Below are positions 8,876 to 17,749 of a DNA stretch of 64,000 bases, piece by piece (the first letter of the stretch is position 1; the number at the start of each line of letters is the position of its first letter). The DNA is from Candidatus Eiseniibacteriota bacterium (GTDB lineage Bacteria > Eisenbacteria > RBG-16-71-46 > SZUA-252). A program made the position numbers and the translations under genes. The stretch covers positions 992,001 through 1,056,000 of the forward strand of contig OY969801.1 in the NCBI GenBank assembly GCA_963703225.1. Reading direction: 5' to 3'. The notes under the pieces were generated by a model. It was not told the DNA's origin. It searched no databases and saw only the letters and a program-made list of their open reading frames with translations.

Positions 8876-10042
8876 GTGAGGAGTGAACCGATCACGCTTC
8901 CGCGGCATCCGGTCGCTGCGGTCACGCACGCCGATCCCTATCCGTATTACGCCCATTTGACGGCGCGCCAGCCCGTCTATCGTGACGAGGGGCTCGGGCT
9001 GTGGGTGGCGTCCAGCGCGGAGGCCGTGATTGCGGTACTGGCGAGCGAACTTTGCCGTGTTCGCCCACCTGGCGAGCCGATTCCTCGGGCGCTGCTTGGG
9101 TCGCCCGCCGGTGAGATCTTTGGGCATCTCGTCCGCATGAACGACGGTCCAAGCCACGCCAAGCTCAAACCCGCGGTATCGAGCGCGCTCAACGCGATCG
9201 ACACGGACATCATCATGCGGGAGAGCCGCAGATGGGCGGGCGCCCTGGCGTCCGAGCTCGACTTGATGGAGTTCGTGTTCGGCCTGTCGGCGTACGTCAT
9301 CGGGACTCTCCTCGGTATCCCTCGGGCCAGCCTGCCTCAGGCGGCGGCTTGGACAGGCGAATTCGTCTTGTGCCTCGCGCCGACGAGTACCTCCGAGCAG
9401 ATCGAACAAGGCAAGCTTGCGGCCGGGCATCTGTTGGAGCTCTTTCGATCCCTGCATGCAAGCCAGCCCAGCGATACAATCCTGTCCGGACTGGCTGGGG
9501 CAGCGACGCGCGCCGGGCACGGGGACCCGGACCTGATCGCGGCGAATGGAATCGGAATGCTGTCCCAAGCGCACGAAGCGACGGCCGGGTTGATCGGGAA
9601 TTCCCTTCTGGCCCTGGCTTCGCACCGTGACGTGCGCGCAGAGGTCGGTGCTGATCCCGACCTCCTAGCGGCCCTCATCCAGGAAGTCCTCCGATTCGAC
9701 CCGCCGGTTCAGAACACACGCCGCTACCTGGCTCGATCGGGGACGGTTGCCGGACGCGACATGAAGGACGGGGATGCCGTGCTGGTCGTGGTTGCTGCTG
9801 CCAACCGTGACCCGTCGGCCAACACGGATCCCGAGCGATTCGACATTCGTCGCAAGGACAGGCGATACTTCACCTTTGGGGCCGGAGCGCATGCGTGCCC
9901 GGGCGAGGCGCTCGCCACAACGATTGCAGGAGCGGGCGTAGCGGAATTGTTGCGCTCCGGGATCGACCTGGAGCGATTGGCCGAGACGGCCACCTATCGC
10001 GTGTCGGTCAACACCAGGGTTCCCCTCTTTCAAGCGGCGTGA
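8876..10042 (+). CDS. Cytochrome P450
   Basis: DPYPYY, EVLR (ExxR), ANRDP, PERFD and the heme motif FGAGAHACPG. Confidence 0.92.
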   Translation: MRSEPITLPRHPVAAVTHADPYPYYAHLTARQPVYRDEGLGLWVASSAEAVIAVLASELCRVRPPGEPIPRALLGSPAGEIFGHLVRMNDGPSHAKLKPAVSSALNAIDTDIIMRESRRWAGALASELDLMEFVFGLSAYVIGTLLGIPRASLPQAAAWTGEFVLCLAPTSTSEQIEQGKLAAGHLLELFRSLHASQPSDTILSGLAGAATRAGHGDPDLIAANGIGMLSQAHEATAGLIGNSLLALASHRDVRAEVGADPDLLAALIQEVLRFDPPVQNTRRYLARSGTVAGRDMKDGDAVLVVVAAANRDPSANTDPERFDIRRKDRRYFTFGAGAHACPGEALATTIAGAGVAELLRSGIDLERLAETATYRVSVNTRVPLFQAA

Positions 10043-10084
10043 TACCGGAATGCTCGTGACGCGAATTCACGCGGAGAACCTCAC

Positions 10085-10921
10085 ATGATTGCGGGCCAGA
10101 TCGAAAAGGCGAAGCGGCTCCAGGCGCTCCACGCGGGGCCCAAGACATTTGTCATCCCCAACCCCTGGGATGTCGGCACGGCCCGGATCCTCGCCGGGGT
10201 CGGCTTCCAGGCCCTGGCCACCACGAGCGCCGGCCTCGCGTTCACCCTCGGCCGCCGCGATGGCGAGGGTTTGGTGGCACGGGACGAAGTGCTGGCTCAC
10301 GCACGGGCGATCGTCGGGGCGACCGACTTGCCCGTATCGGCGGACCTCGAGAACGGATTTGCCGACGAGCCCGAGGCTGTCGCGGAGACCATTCGGTTGG
10401 CGGCAGCGGCCGGCCTTGTGGGTGGGTCCGTGGAGGATGCGACGGGAAACGCCCGTCACCCCATTTACGACCACGGGCTCGCCGTCGAGCGCGTGGCCGC
10501 AGCCGTCGCGGCGGCCCGGTCGCTTCCATTCCCGTTCGCTCTGGTAGCGCGGGCGGAGAACTTCCTCCATGGCCGTCCCGACCTCGACGACACCATCCGC
10601 CGCCTGCAGGCTTTCGCCGCAGCCGGAGCGGATGTCCTTTACGCGCCCGGCTTGCCCGATCTGGAAGCGATCAGAATGGTCTGCGCGGCGGTGTCGCCGC
10701 GGCCGGTGAACGCGCTCGCGGGAGGACGGGGCAGTGCCCTCACGGTTGCAAGCCTCGCCGCCGCGGGCGTACGGCGGATCAGCCTCGGGTCGGCGTTGTC
10801 TCGGGCGGCGCTCGGCGCATTCCTCCGCGCGGCCCGGGAAATTTCCGAAAAGGGGACGTTTCGCTTCGGGGATGACGCGGCTTCGTTCTCCGAGCTGAAC
10901 GAATTCATGGCGGGCCGGTAA
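10085..10921 (+). CDS. Isocitrate lyase/PEP mutase family protein
   Basis: PNPWD, ATTSAG, SADLENGF, SVED, ARAE, GADVLYAPG and RRISLG. Confidence 0.9.
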   Translation: MIAGQIEKAKRLQALHAGPKTFVIPNPWDVGTARILAGVGFQALATTSAGLAFTLGRRDGEGLVARDEVLAHARAIVGATDLPVSADLENGFADEPEAVAETIRLAAAAGLVGGSVEDATGNARHPIYDHGLAVERVAAAVAAARSLPFPFALVARAENFLHGRPDLDDTIRRLQAFAAAGADVLYAPGLPDLEAIRMVCAAVSPRPVNALAGGRGSALTVASLAAAGVRRISLGSALSRAALGAFLRAAREISEKGTFRFGDDAASFSELNEFMAGR

Positions 10922-10993
10922 CGGCAGGTTCGATCGGGGCCGTCAGCGCAGCCATTGAGCCTCGGCCCCGAATGCAGCATAGTGGCGTGTGCG

Positions 10994-13492
10994 ATGGCCT
11001 TCCAGACGGGGAAACGCCTCGGGCCCTACGAGATACTCTCCTCCCTCGGCTCTGGGGGGATGGGGGAGATTTACCGCGCGAGGGACAAGCGCCTGGCCCG
11101 CGACGTAGCGGTCAAGGTGTTGTCCTCCGCGTTCGCCGCCGACCCCGACCGCGTGTCCCGATTCGAGCAGGAGGCGAAGTCGGTGGCCTCCCTCTCACAC
11201 CCCAACATTCTGGCCATACACGACGTGGGCTCCGACGATGGGATCAGCTACGCCGTGACGGAGTTGCTCGAGGGCGAGACGCTTCGGCAGCGGTTGGACG
11301 AAGGGGCGATCGCGGTGGCGAAGGCAATCGCCTTCGGTATCCAGATCGCCAATGGACTCGCGGCAGCGCACGACAAGGGAATCGTGCACCGGGACCTGAA
11401 GCCCGAGAACGTGATGATCCTCCCCGGCGATCATCTGAAGATTCTCGACTTCGGTTTGGCAAAGCTGATGCCACTGCATGGCGGCGGGCCCACCGGGGAT
11501 GCAGCCACCATGGTGTCGGATACCGAGGCTGGAGTTGTTCTCGGCACCGTCGGCTACATGTCGCCGGAACAGGTGCGGGGGCTGCCAGTCGACAGTCGCT
11601 CCGACATCTTCTCGCTGGGAGCGCTGCTGTACGAAATGTTGTCGGGAAAGCGGGCATTCCGGGGTGAGTCCCCTGCGGACACGATGTCGGCGATACTCCG
11701 GGAGGATCCTCCCGACATCCTAGGATCGGTGCGGAACCTCCCGACCGCGCTGGAGCGCATCGTCCGCCGGTGCTTGGAGAAACGGCCCGAGTCGAGATTC
11801 CGCTCGGCTCACGACCTCGCCATCGCGCTCGAGGCGATCTCCACGACGAGTCATGCCGATGCAGCGCCGAAGGGGGGAGAGGCCGCTGCGAAACCAACCC
11901 GCCCGAAGTTTCAGCGCCTCACGTTTCGGAACGGCAACATCTCGGGTGCGCGGTTCACCGACGATGGCCGGGGCTTCGTCTACGGCGCCGCCTGGGAAGG
12001 GAAGCCGTACGAAGTTTACTCTTCCCGGCCTGACAGCCCCGAGTCGAGGCACCTCGGACTCCCGCCCGGCGATCTGCACGCGGTCTCCTCAGCCGGAGAG
12101 ATGGCGCTTTCGCTTGGGCATCGCCACACATTCTGGTTTGAGACCTCGGGGACACTCGCGCGCGCCTCGCTCGGTGGTGGCGGAGTGCGGCTCCTCCTGG
12201 AAGGCGTGGCGCAGGCCGATTGGGCGCCCGATGGTAAATCGCTCGCCGTCGTCCGACAGATTGGCGGACACTACCGGATCGAATACCCTGCGGGGACGAC
12301 CATCTACGAATCGGTGGATTGGGTGGGCCTTCCGCGCGTCTCGCCGGATGGAGCGAGCGTGGCCTTTTCAGATCACCCTTCCGCGGGCGACAAATCGGGC
12401 TATGTCTGCGTGATCAATCGTGAGGGACGCAAGCGGGTCCTCACGGGATTCATGACCAATGTCAGCGGAATTTGCTGGTCTCCCGGCGGCGATGAAATCT
12501 GGTATTCCGGGATCAACGAGTCGCTCGAAAACGGCATTTGGGCTGTCTCGCTCTCAGGTGGCGTTCGCCACCTCTACTTGTCACCGTCGCGGATCAAGCT
12601 GCACGATGTCGCCGCCAAGGGCCGGCTCCTCGTGAGCACCGACAACCTCCGGCTGGGTGCCATCGTCGGGGCGGTCGATTCGCCCGGAGAGACCGATCTG
12701 TCCTGGTTCGATGGATCTCTGGCGGTCGACATGTCGCGCGACGGGAAGCAACTGCTCATAAGTGAGGTGGCAGACGCGGAGAATCCACACTACGCAGTCT
12801 ACCTGCGCCCCACGGATGGATCGCCGGCCGTGCGTCTGGGTGAGGGAGCTGCGAAGGGATTGTCTCCCGACGGCGCTTGGGCGCTTGCGATTCTGCGACC
12901 GTCCGACAGCGATCTTGTCGTCTACCCGACGGGACTCGGGGAGAGCCGATCCCTTCGATCCCCAGAGATTGAGCGCTATGTCTGGGCGGGATGGCACCCT
13001 GATGGTCGGCATGTCTTCATCGTGGGCTCGAACTCTGACCGGGCGCGGCGTCTCTACCTACAGCCGATGGCCGGCGGGAGTCCCCGTCTCCTCTACGACG
13101 AGGAAATCGATTCCGATTGGGTGAGCGGGCTGCCCATTTCTCCCGATGGGGACCGAATTGTTATCCGGCGAGCGGACGGGCGCACCGAGCTCCTGCGCAC
13201 CGATACCTTCGAGTGCCAGCCACTGCCTGGTGTCCAGGTCGGGGATGCTCCCGTGCGATTCGATCGCACCGGCCGATACCTATTCGTCGCCCGCACGGTC
13301 GACCGACCGGCGCGGATCGACCGCGTCGACGTGGAGAGCGGCGCCCGGGGGGTTTGGAAGGAGCTCCGGCCGCCGGAGCCGTCGGGAATAATCTTCATCG
13401 GCGGCGTGGTCACGTCGCTCGATGGGGATCGCTACGCATACACGTATCTCCGGTCGATGTGCGATCTGTACCTCCTCGAAGGGGTAAGTTGA
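10994..13492 (+). CDS. Ser/Thr protein kinase with C-terminal TolB/PD40-like beta-propeller
   Basis: GSGGMGEI, VAVK, HRDLKPEN, DFG and GTVGYMSPE, followed by repeated W/xSPDG units. Confidence 0.92.
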   Translation: MAFQTGKRLGPYEILSSLGSGGMGEIYRARDKRLARDVAVKVLSSAFAADPDRVSRFEQEAKSVASLSHPNILAIHDVGSDDGISYAVTELLEGETLRQRLDEGAIAVAKAIAFGIQIANGLAAAHDKGIVHRDLKPENVMILPGDHLKILDFGLAKLMPLHGGGPTGDAATMVSDTEAGVVLGTVGYMSPEQVRGLPVDSRSDIFSLGALLYEMLSGKRAFRGESPADTMSAILREDPPDILGSVRNLPTALERIVRRCLEKRPESRFRSAHDLAIALEAISTTSHADAAPKGGEAAAKPTRPKFQRLTFRNGNISGARFTDDGRGFVYGAAWEGKPYEVYSSRPDSPESRHLGLPPGDLHAVSSAGEMALSLGHRHTFWFETSGTLARASLGGGGVRLLLEGVAQADWAPDGKSLAVVRQIGGHYRIEYPAGTTIYESVDWVGLPRVSPDGASVAFSDHPSAGDKSGYVCVINREGRKRVLTGFMTNVSGICWSPGGDEIWYSGINESLENGIWAVSLSGGVRHLYLSPSRIKLHDVAAKGRLLVSTDNLRLGAIVGAVDSPGETDLSWFDGSLAVDMSRDGKQLLISEVADAENPHYAVYLRPTDGSPAVRLGEGAAKGLSPDGAWALAILRPSDSDLVVYPTGLGESRSLRSPEIERYVWAGWHPDGRHVFIVGSNSDRARRLYLQPMAGGSPRLLYDEEIDSDWVSGLPISPDGDRIVIRRADGRTELLRTDTFECQPLPGVQVGDAPVRFDRTGRYLFVARTVDRPARIDRVDVESGARGVWKELRPPEPSGIIFIGGVVTSLDGDRYAYTYLRSMCDLYLLEGVS

Positions 13493-13615
13493 GCGGTCCC
13501 TGCCGCACGCGACACACGATATCCCCCGAATCGCGGATCCGCCCGAACGGTCCCAGGGCGACGGTACCTTCGTATCCCTGTCAATGATCTCCCCGTGCCT
13601 GGTAGCGTTCTGGCG

Positions 13616-15004
13616 ATGTCGGTGATCTTCGAACCGTTCAAGATAAAGGTCGTCGAGCCGATCGCACTCACCCACCGGTCCGAGCGCGAAGGCTGGCTAC
13701 GGGAGGCCGACTACAACCTGTTCTCCCTGCCGGCCGAGAGGGTCACGTTCGACCTCCTGACCGACTCCGGCACCGCCGCCATGAGCGCCGCGCAGTGGGG
13801 GGCCATGATGACCGCCGATGAGTCGTATGCGGGGTCGCGCTCCTTTCACGATTTCGAACGTGTGGTTCGCGACCTGACCGGATACCGCCACATCATCCCA
13901 ACCCACCAAGGGCGCGCCGCGGAACGGATCCTTTTCCAGATCGCCATCCGGCCCGGCTCACTCGTGCCGAGTAACAGCCACTTCGACACCACGCGCGCCA
14001 ATATCGAGTACGACCAGGGCGAAGCGCTCGACCTCGTCGTTGCTCAAGCAGGGGACACGGCGTCGACCTTTCCGTTCAAGGGGAACATAGACCTCGACCG
14101 TCTAGACGATCTGTGCCTCCGGGAGCGGGCTCGCATTCCGTTCGGCATGCTGACGATCACGAATAATACCGGCGGCGGGCAGCCGGCCAGTCTCGAGAAC
14201 ATCAAGTCCTGCGCCGGTGTCTTGCACCGGCACGGCATTCCCTTCATCTTGGACGCCTGCCGCTTCGCCGAGAACGCGTACTTCATCAAGAAGCGTGAGG
14301 AGGGGCAGGGAGGGCGGCGGGCGGCCGACATCGCGCGTGAGGTCTTCCGCCTGGCCGACGGCTGCATCCTGAGCGGCAAGAAGGACGGCCTCGTCAACAT
14401 GGGCGGCTTCCTGGCGCTGAACGATGACCTTCTCGCCGCCGAAGCGCGCAATTTGTTGATCCTGACGGAGGGTTTTCCAACCTACGGCGGCTGCGCGGCG
14501 CGCGACCTGGCGGCACTCGCCCTGGGGCTCGAAGAGGCGCTCGATGAGCCCTACCTCGAATACCGGCAGGCTTCCGTTCGGTACCTCGCGGAGGGGCTGA
14601 CCCGCCTGGGCATCCCCATCGTCCAGCCGCCGGGCGGGCACGCCGTCTTCATCGACGCCAGCCGTTTCCTTCCGCACATTCCGCCGGAGCGCTTTCCCGG
14701 GCAGGCGCTCGCGTGCGAGCTCTACCTGGCCGGCGGCATCCGATCCTGCGAAATCGGGAGCGTCATGTTCGGAGTCTTCGAAACAGGGGGTGCCTTCACG
14801 CCGGCCCGCCTGGAATTGGTCCGCCTTGCCCTGCCGCGGCGGGTCTACACGCAGAGCCACGTCGATCGCATTCTGGAGATTGCGGCCGAGGTCGCGGAGC
14901 GCGCTCACTCGCTCCGCGGCGTCGAAATGACGTCCTGCCCGCCCTACCTCCGTCACTTCACCGCGAAGTTCCGGCCCGCCGGTACGGTGGCGGCGTCCGC
15001 ATAG
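13616..15004 (+). CDS. tnaA: Tryptophanase (tryptophan indole-lyase)
   Basis: EPFKIK, DLLTDSGT, DESYAGS, THQGRAAE, SGKKD and EGFPTYGG are all intact. Tryptophanase-type residues HFDTT (Asp), CEIGS (Ile) and LRHFTA (His). Confidence 0.85.
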   Translation: MSVIFEPFKIKVVEPIALTHRSEREGWLREADYNLFSLPAERVTFDLLTDSGTAAMSAAQWGAMMTADESYAGSRSFHDFERVVRDLTGYRHIIPTHQGRAAERILFQIAIRPGSLVPSNSHFDTTRANIEYDQGEALDLVVAQAGDTASTFPFKGNIDLDRLDDLCLRERARIPFGMLTITNNTGGGQPASLENIKSCAGVLHRHGIPFILDACRFAENAYFIKKREEGQGGRRAADIAREVFRLADGCILSGKKDGLVNMGGFLALNDDLLAAEARNLLILTEGFPTYGGCAARDLAALALGLEEALDEPYLEYRQASVRYLAEGLTRLGIPIVQPPGGHAVFIDASRFLPHIPPERFPGQALACELYLAGGIRSCEIGSVMFGVFETGGAFTPARLELVRLALPRRVYTQSHVDRILEIAAEVAERAHSLRGVEMTSCPPYLRHFTAKFRPAGTVAASA

Positions 15005-15007
15005 GGC

Positions 15008-17701
15008 ATGCCCATTCCCGTTCCTCACCATGAGCCGCACAAGATCAAGACCGTTCGTCTCGTCTCGTTCCCGACGCTTGAGGAGCGCAAGCGGAACCTC
15101 GCCAATGCGCACTTCAACGTGTTCAATCTCACACCGTCGCAGGTCAATTTCGACATGACCTCCCACGGAACGAGCGCGATGAGCCAGGAGCAGATCGCCG
15201 GGCAGCTCGTCGGCGACGAAGCCTACGCCGGATCGAGGAACTTCGATAACCTCTGCCGGGCGGTGCGCGACCAGCTGGGACATACCTATGTCTGCCCGGC
15301 CCACAACCTGCTCGGATGCATCAAGCTCGTCGTTTCGACGCTCGTGATCCCGGGCACGGGAGTGGCAAGCAACGCCAGTGGGCTCGCCGATACGCTGACC
15401 CCTCGCTCGATTCCGGTGCACGCTGTGCGAACCGGCGGCGACCCTATTTTCACTGGGAACGTGGACGTGGGCCGCCTCGAGTCTATTCCGGCCGCCGCGC
15501 CGATCTCGATCGTGTGGCTTCAGGCCTTCGCGGACGGCGTGCACCCTGTGAGCATCGAGAATCTCCAGGCGGTGCGCGCAGCGGCCGATCGCCGAGGCAT
15601 CCGACTGGTGCTCGACGGGTCCCGCGTGATTGAAAACGCGTGGTACATCCAACGCCATGAGTCGGGGAAGTCCGACCGGACGATCTCCGACATCGTGAAG
15701 CAAATCGTCAAGACGGCCCACGTGCTCGCGCTCGACGGTGCCCAGGACCCGAAGTCCACCACGGGTGGGGTTCTTTCGACGGACAACCCCGCGGACCACG
15801 AGAAATTCATTAACGACGTGGTCCTCTACGAGGGACTCCACACCTATGGAGGCATGTCCGGACGAACGATGGAGGTTCTGGCCCGGGGAATCGAAGAGAT
15901 GTGCGACGAAGCGGAAGTTCAGTGGGTGATGCACGTCACAGAACAATTCACGGAGGAGCTTAAGGCGCGCGGCATTCCGCTGGAGCGGGGGTGCGACGGC
16001 GCCTACCTCGACGCCGACCAATTCCTGTCGCGCATCGATCGGCACGCGGCTCACGCGCTGGCGAGCGCCCTTTATCTGACCTCCGGGGCTCGCGCCCTTG
16101 TGCCAGGTCTCGTGGGGAGCCGCTACCTTCCGGTCCAGATCCCGCGCCTCGCCATGACCACGTGGCAACTCGGACAGATGGTTGAGGCGATTGCGAATGT
16201 CTATGGACAGCGAGACAACGTCGCCCCGCTGGAGCTTCAAGCGGGGGGCAGGTGGAACGACCAGCTCCGATTCCGATCCGTATTCGCCGATCTCGAGCCG
16301 TACGACTTCGACTGTTATCCGTTCGTGATCCACACCATCGAACGGATCCCGGAGACCTCGCGCGAGCAGCGGGACCGAGCGATCCGGGAGGCGGGCTACA
16401 ATACGTTTCTCCTCCGATCCGCCGATGTGACGATCGATCTTCTCACCGATTCCGGCACATCGGCCATGAGCATCGACCAGTGGGCGGCCTACGATGCGGC
16501 CCGCGCGACGGCGGCGACCAGCGACGCCTATCTGCAATTCGTGAGGACATTCCGAGAGGCCTATGGTTACGAGCACATCATCCCCACCCATCAAGGACGT
16601 GCCGCGGAGCACATCCTGAGCCAGATCATGATTCGGCCAGGTCAACTTGTGCCCGGCAACATGTACTTCACGACCACGAAAGCGCACCAGGAGCTGGCCG
16701 GCGGAGTGTTTGTGGACGTGATCGTGGACGAGGCGCACGATCCAGAGAGCGGCTTCCCGTGGAAGGGAAACATCGATCTTCGAAAGCTGCAAGCGTGCGT
16801 CGAGAGCCAAGGGGCGGGGCGGATCGCTTACATCTCCTTTGAACACTGTGTGAACATGGCCGGCGGGCAACCAGCCTCCATGGGCAACATGAAGGAGGTC
16901 TACGCGTATTGCAGCTCGAAGGGGATACCGGTCTTCTACGACGCGACGCGCGCTGTGGAAAACGCCTATTTCATCCAGAAACGCGACCCACACTACCGCA
17001 CGACCCACATCCGCGACATTCTGCGCGAGATGATGCTCTATGGAGACGGCTGTACGGTTTCGGGAAAGAAAGATTTCCTGGTAAATATCGGCGGCTTGCT
17101 CGCGTTCAAGGACAATGGGAAGTGGAAGCAGATGGCCGAAGAGCTGCTCCGTGTGTACGAAGGCGGCGTGGCGGACGGCGGGCTCGCGCCGGCGGATCTG
17201 GCGGCCATGGCGCGAGGGGCCGAGGAGATGTTGGACGACCGCTACATAAGAACGAGGGTCGAGCAGGCGGCGTTCCTGGCGTCACGCCTGCTGGCCGGAG
17301 GCGTGCCGATCGTGATGCCGCCGGGTAGCCACGCGATCTTCATCGACGCACGTCGTTTTCTTCCGCATATCGAGCAGGAGGAATTCCCCGCGCAGCGGCT
17401 CGCCGCGGAGATCTACACGGAAACCGGGGTTCGCGTGATGGAGCGCGGCATCGTGTCCAAAGGTCGGGACCCGGTGACGGGCGAGAACTACCGTCCGTCC
17501 CTCGAGTTGGTCCGGCTGACCATACCGCGGCGCGTCTACACGAATGACCACATGCGCGTCGTCGCGGACGGCATCATCCGCCTCTACCAGAGACGGGAGA
17601 CGATCCGCGGCCTTCGCTTCGACTACGAGCCCGCTCACCTTCGCTTCTTTCAGGGACGATTCGCGCCGATTGAAGGCTCGGCGACCCCTCGCGCCACCTG
17701 A
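15008..17701 (+). CDS. tpl: Tandem (two-domain) tyrosine phenol-lyase-like protein
   Basis: Two beta-eliminating lyase repeats with a boundary near nt 16310. The C-half has TPL signatures GNMYFTTT, CTVSGKKDFLVNIGG, MERGIVS, RLTIPRRVYT and LRFF. The N-half is degenerate but keeps GDEAYAGS and YEGLHTYGG. Confidence 0.85.
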   Translation: MPIPVPHHEPHKIKTVRLVSFPTLEERKRNLANAHFNVFNLTPSQVNFDMTSHGTSAMSQEQIAGQLVGDEAYAGSRNFDNLCRAVRDQLGHTYVCPAHNLLGCIKLVVSTLVIPGTGVASNASGLADTLTPRSIPVHAVRTGGDPIFTGNVDVGRLESIPAAAPISIVWLQAFADGVHPVSIENLQAVRAAADRRGIRLVLDGSRVIENAWYIQRHESGKSDRTISDIVKQIVKTAHVLALDGAQDPKSTTGGVLSTDNPADHEKFINDVVLYEGLHTYGGMSGRTMEVLARGIEEMCDEAEVQWVMHVTEQFTEELKARGIPLERGCDGAYLDADQFLSRIDRHAAHALASALYLTSGARALVPGLVGSRYLPVQIPRLAMTTWQLGQMVEAIANVYGQRDNVAPLELQAGGRWNDQLRFRSVFADLEPYDFDCYPFVIHTIERIPETSREQRDRAIREAGYNTFLLRSADVTIDLLTDSGTSAMSIDQWAAYDAARATAATSDAYLQFVRTFREAYGYEHIIPTHQGRAAEHILSQIMIRPGQLVPGNMYFTTTKAHQELAGGVFVDVIVDEAHDPESGFPWKGNIDLRKLQACVESQGAGRIAYISFEHCVNMAGGQPASMGNMKEVYAYCSSKGIPVFYDATRAVENAYFIQKRDPHYRTTHIRDILREMMLYGDGCTVSGKKDFLVNIGGLLAFKDNGKWKQMAEELLRVYEGGVADGGLAPADLAAMARGAEEMLDDRYIRTRVEQAAFLASRLLAGGVPIVMPPGSHAIFIDARRFLPHIEQEEFPAQRLAAEIYTETGVRVMERGIVSKGRDPVTGENYRPSLELVRLTIPRRVYTNDHMRVVADGIIRLYQRRETIRGLRFDYEPAHLRFFQGRFAPIEGSATPRAT

Positions 17702-17749
17702 CGTCCCAAGCGCCACACGGAATCGGTGGCGTGGCCACAGCTTCGGTGC

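Noticed and set aside
14102..17008. 968-aa antisense ORF over tnaA/tpl
   Set aside because: It is in codon register opposite well-conserved genes, has Arg/Gly/Val-rich shadow composition and no motifs, and is expected at this GC content.
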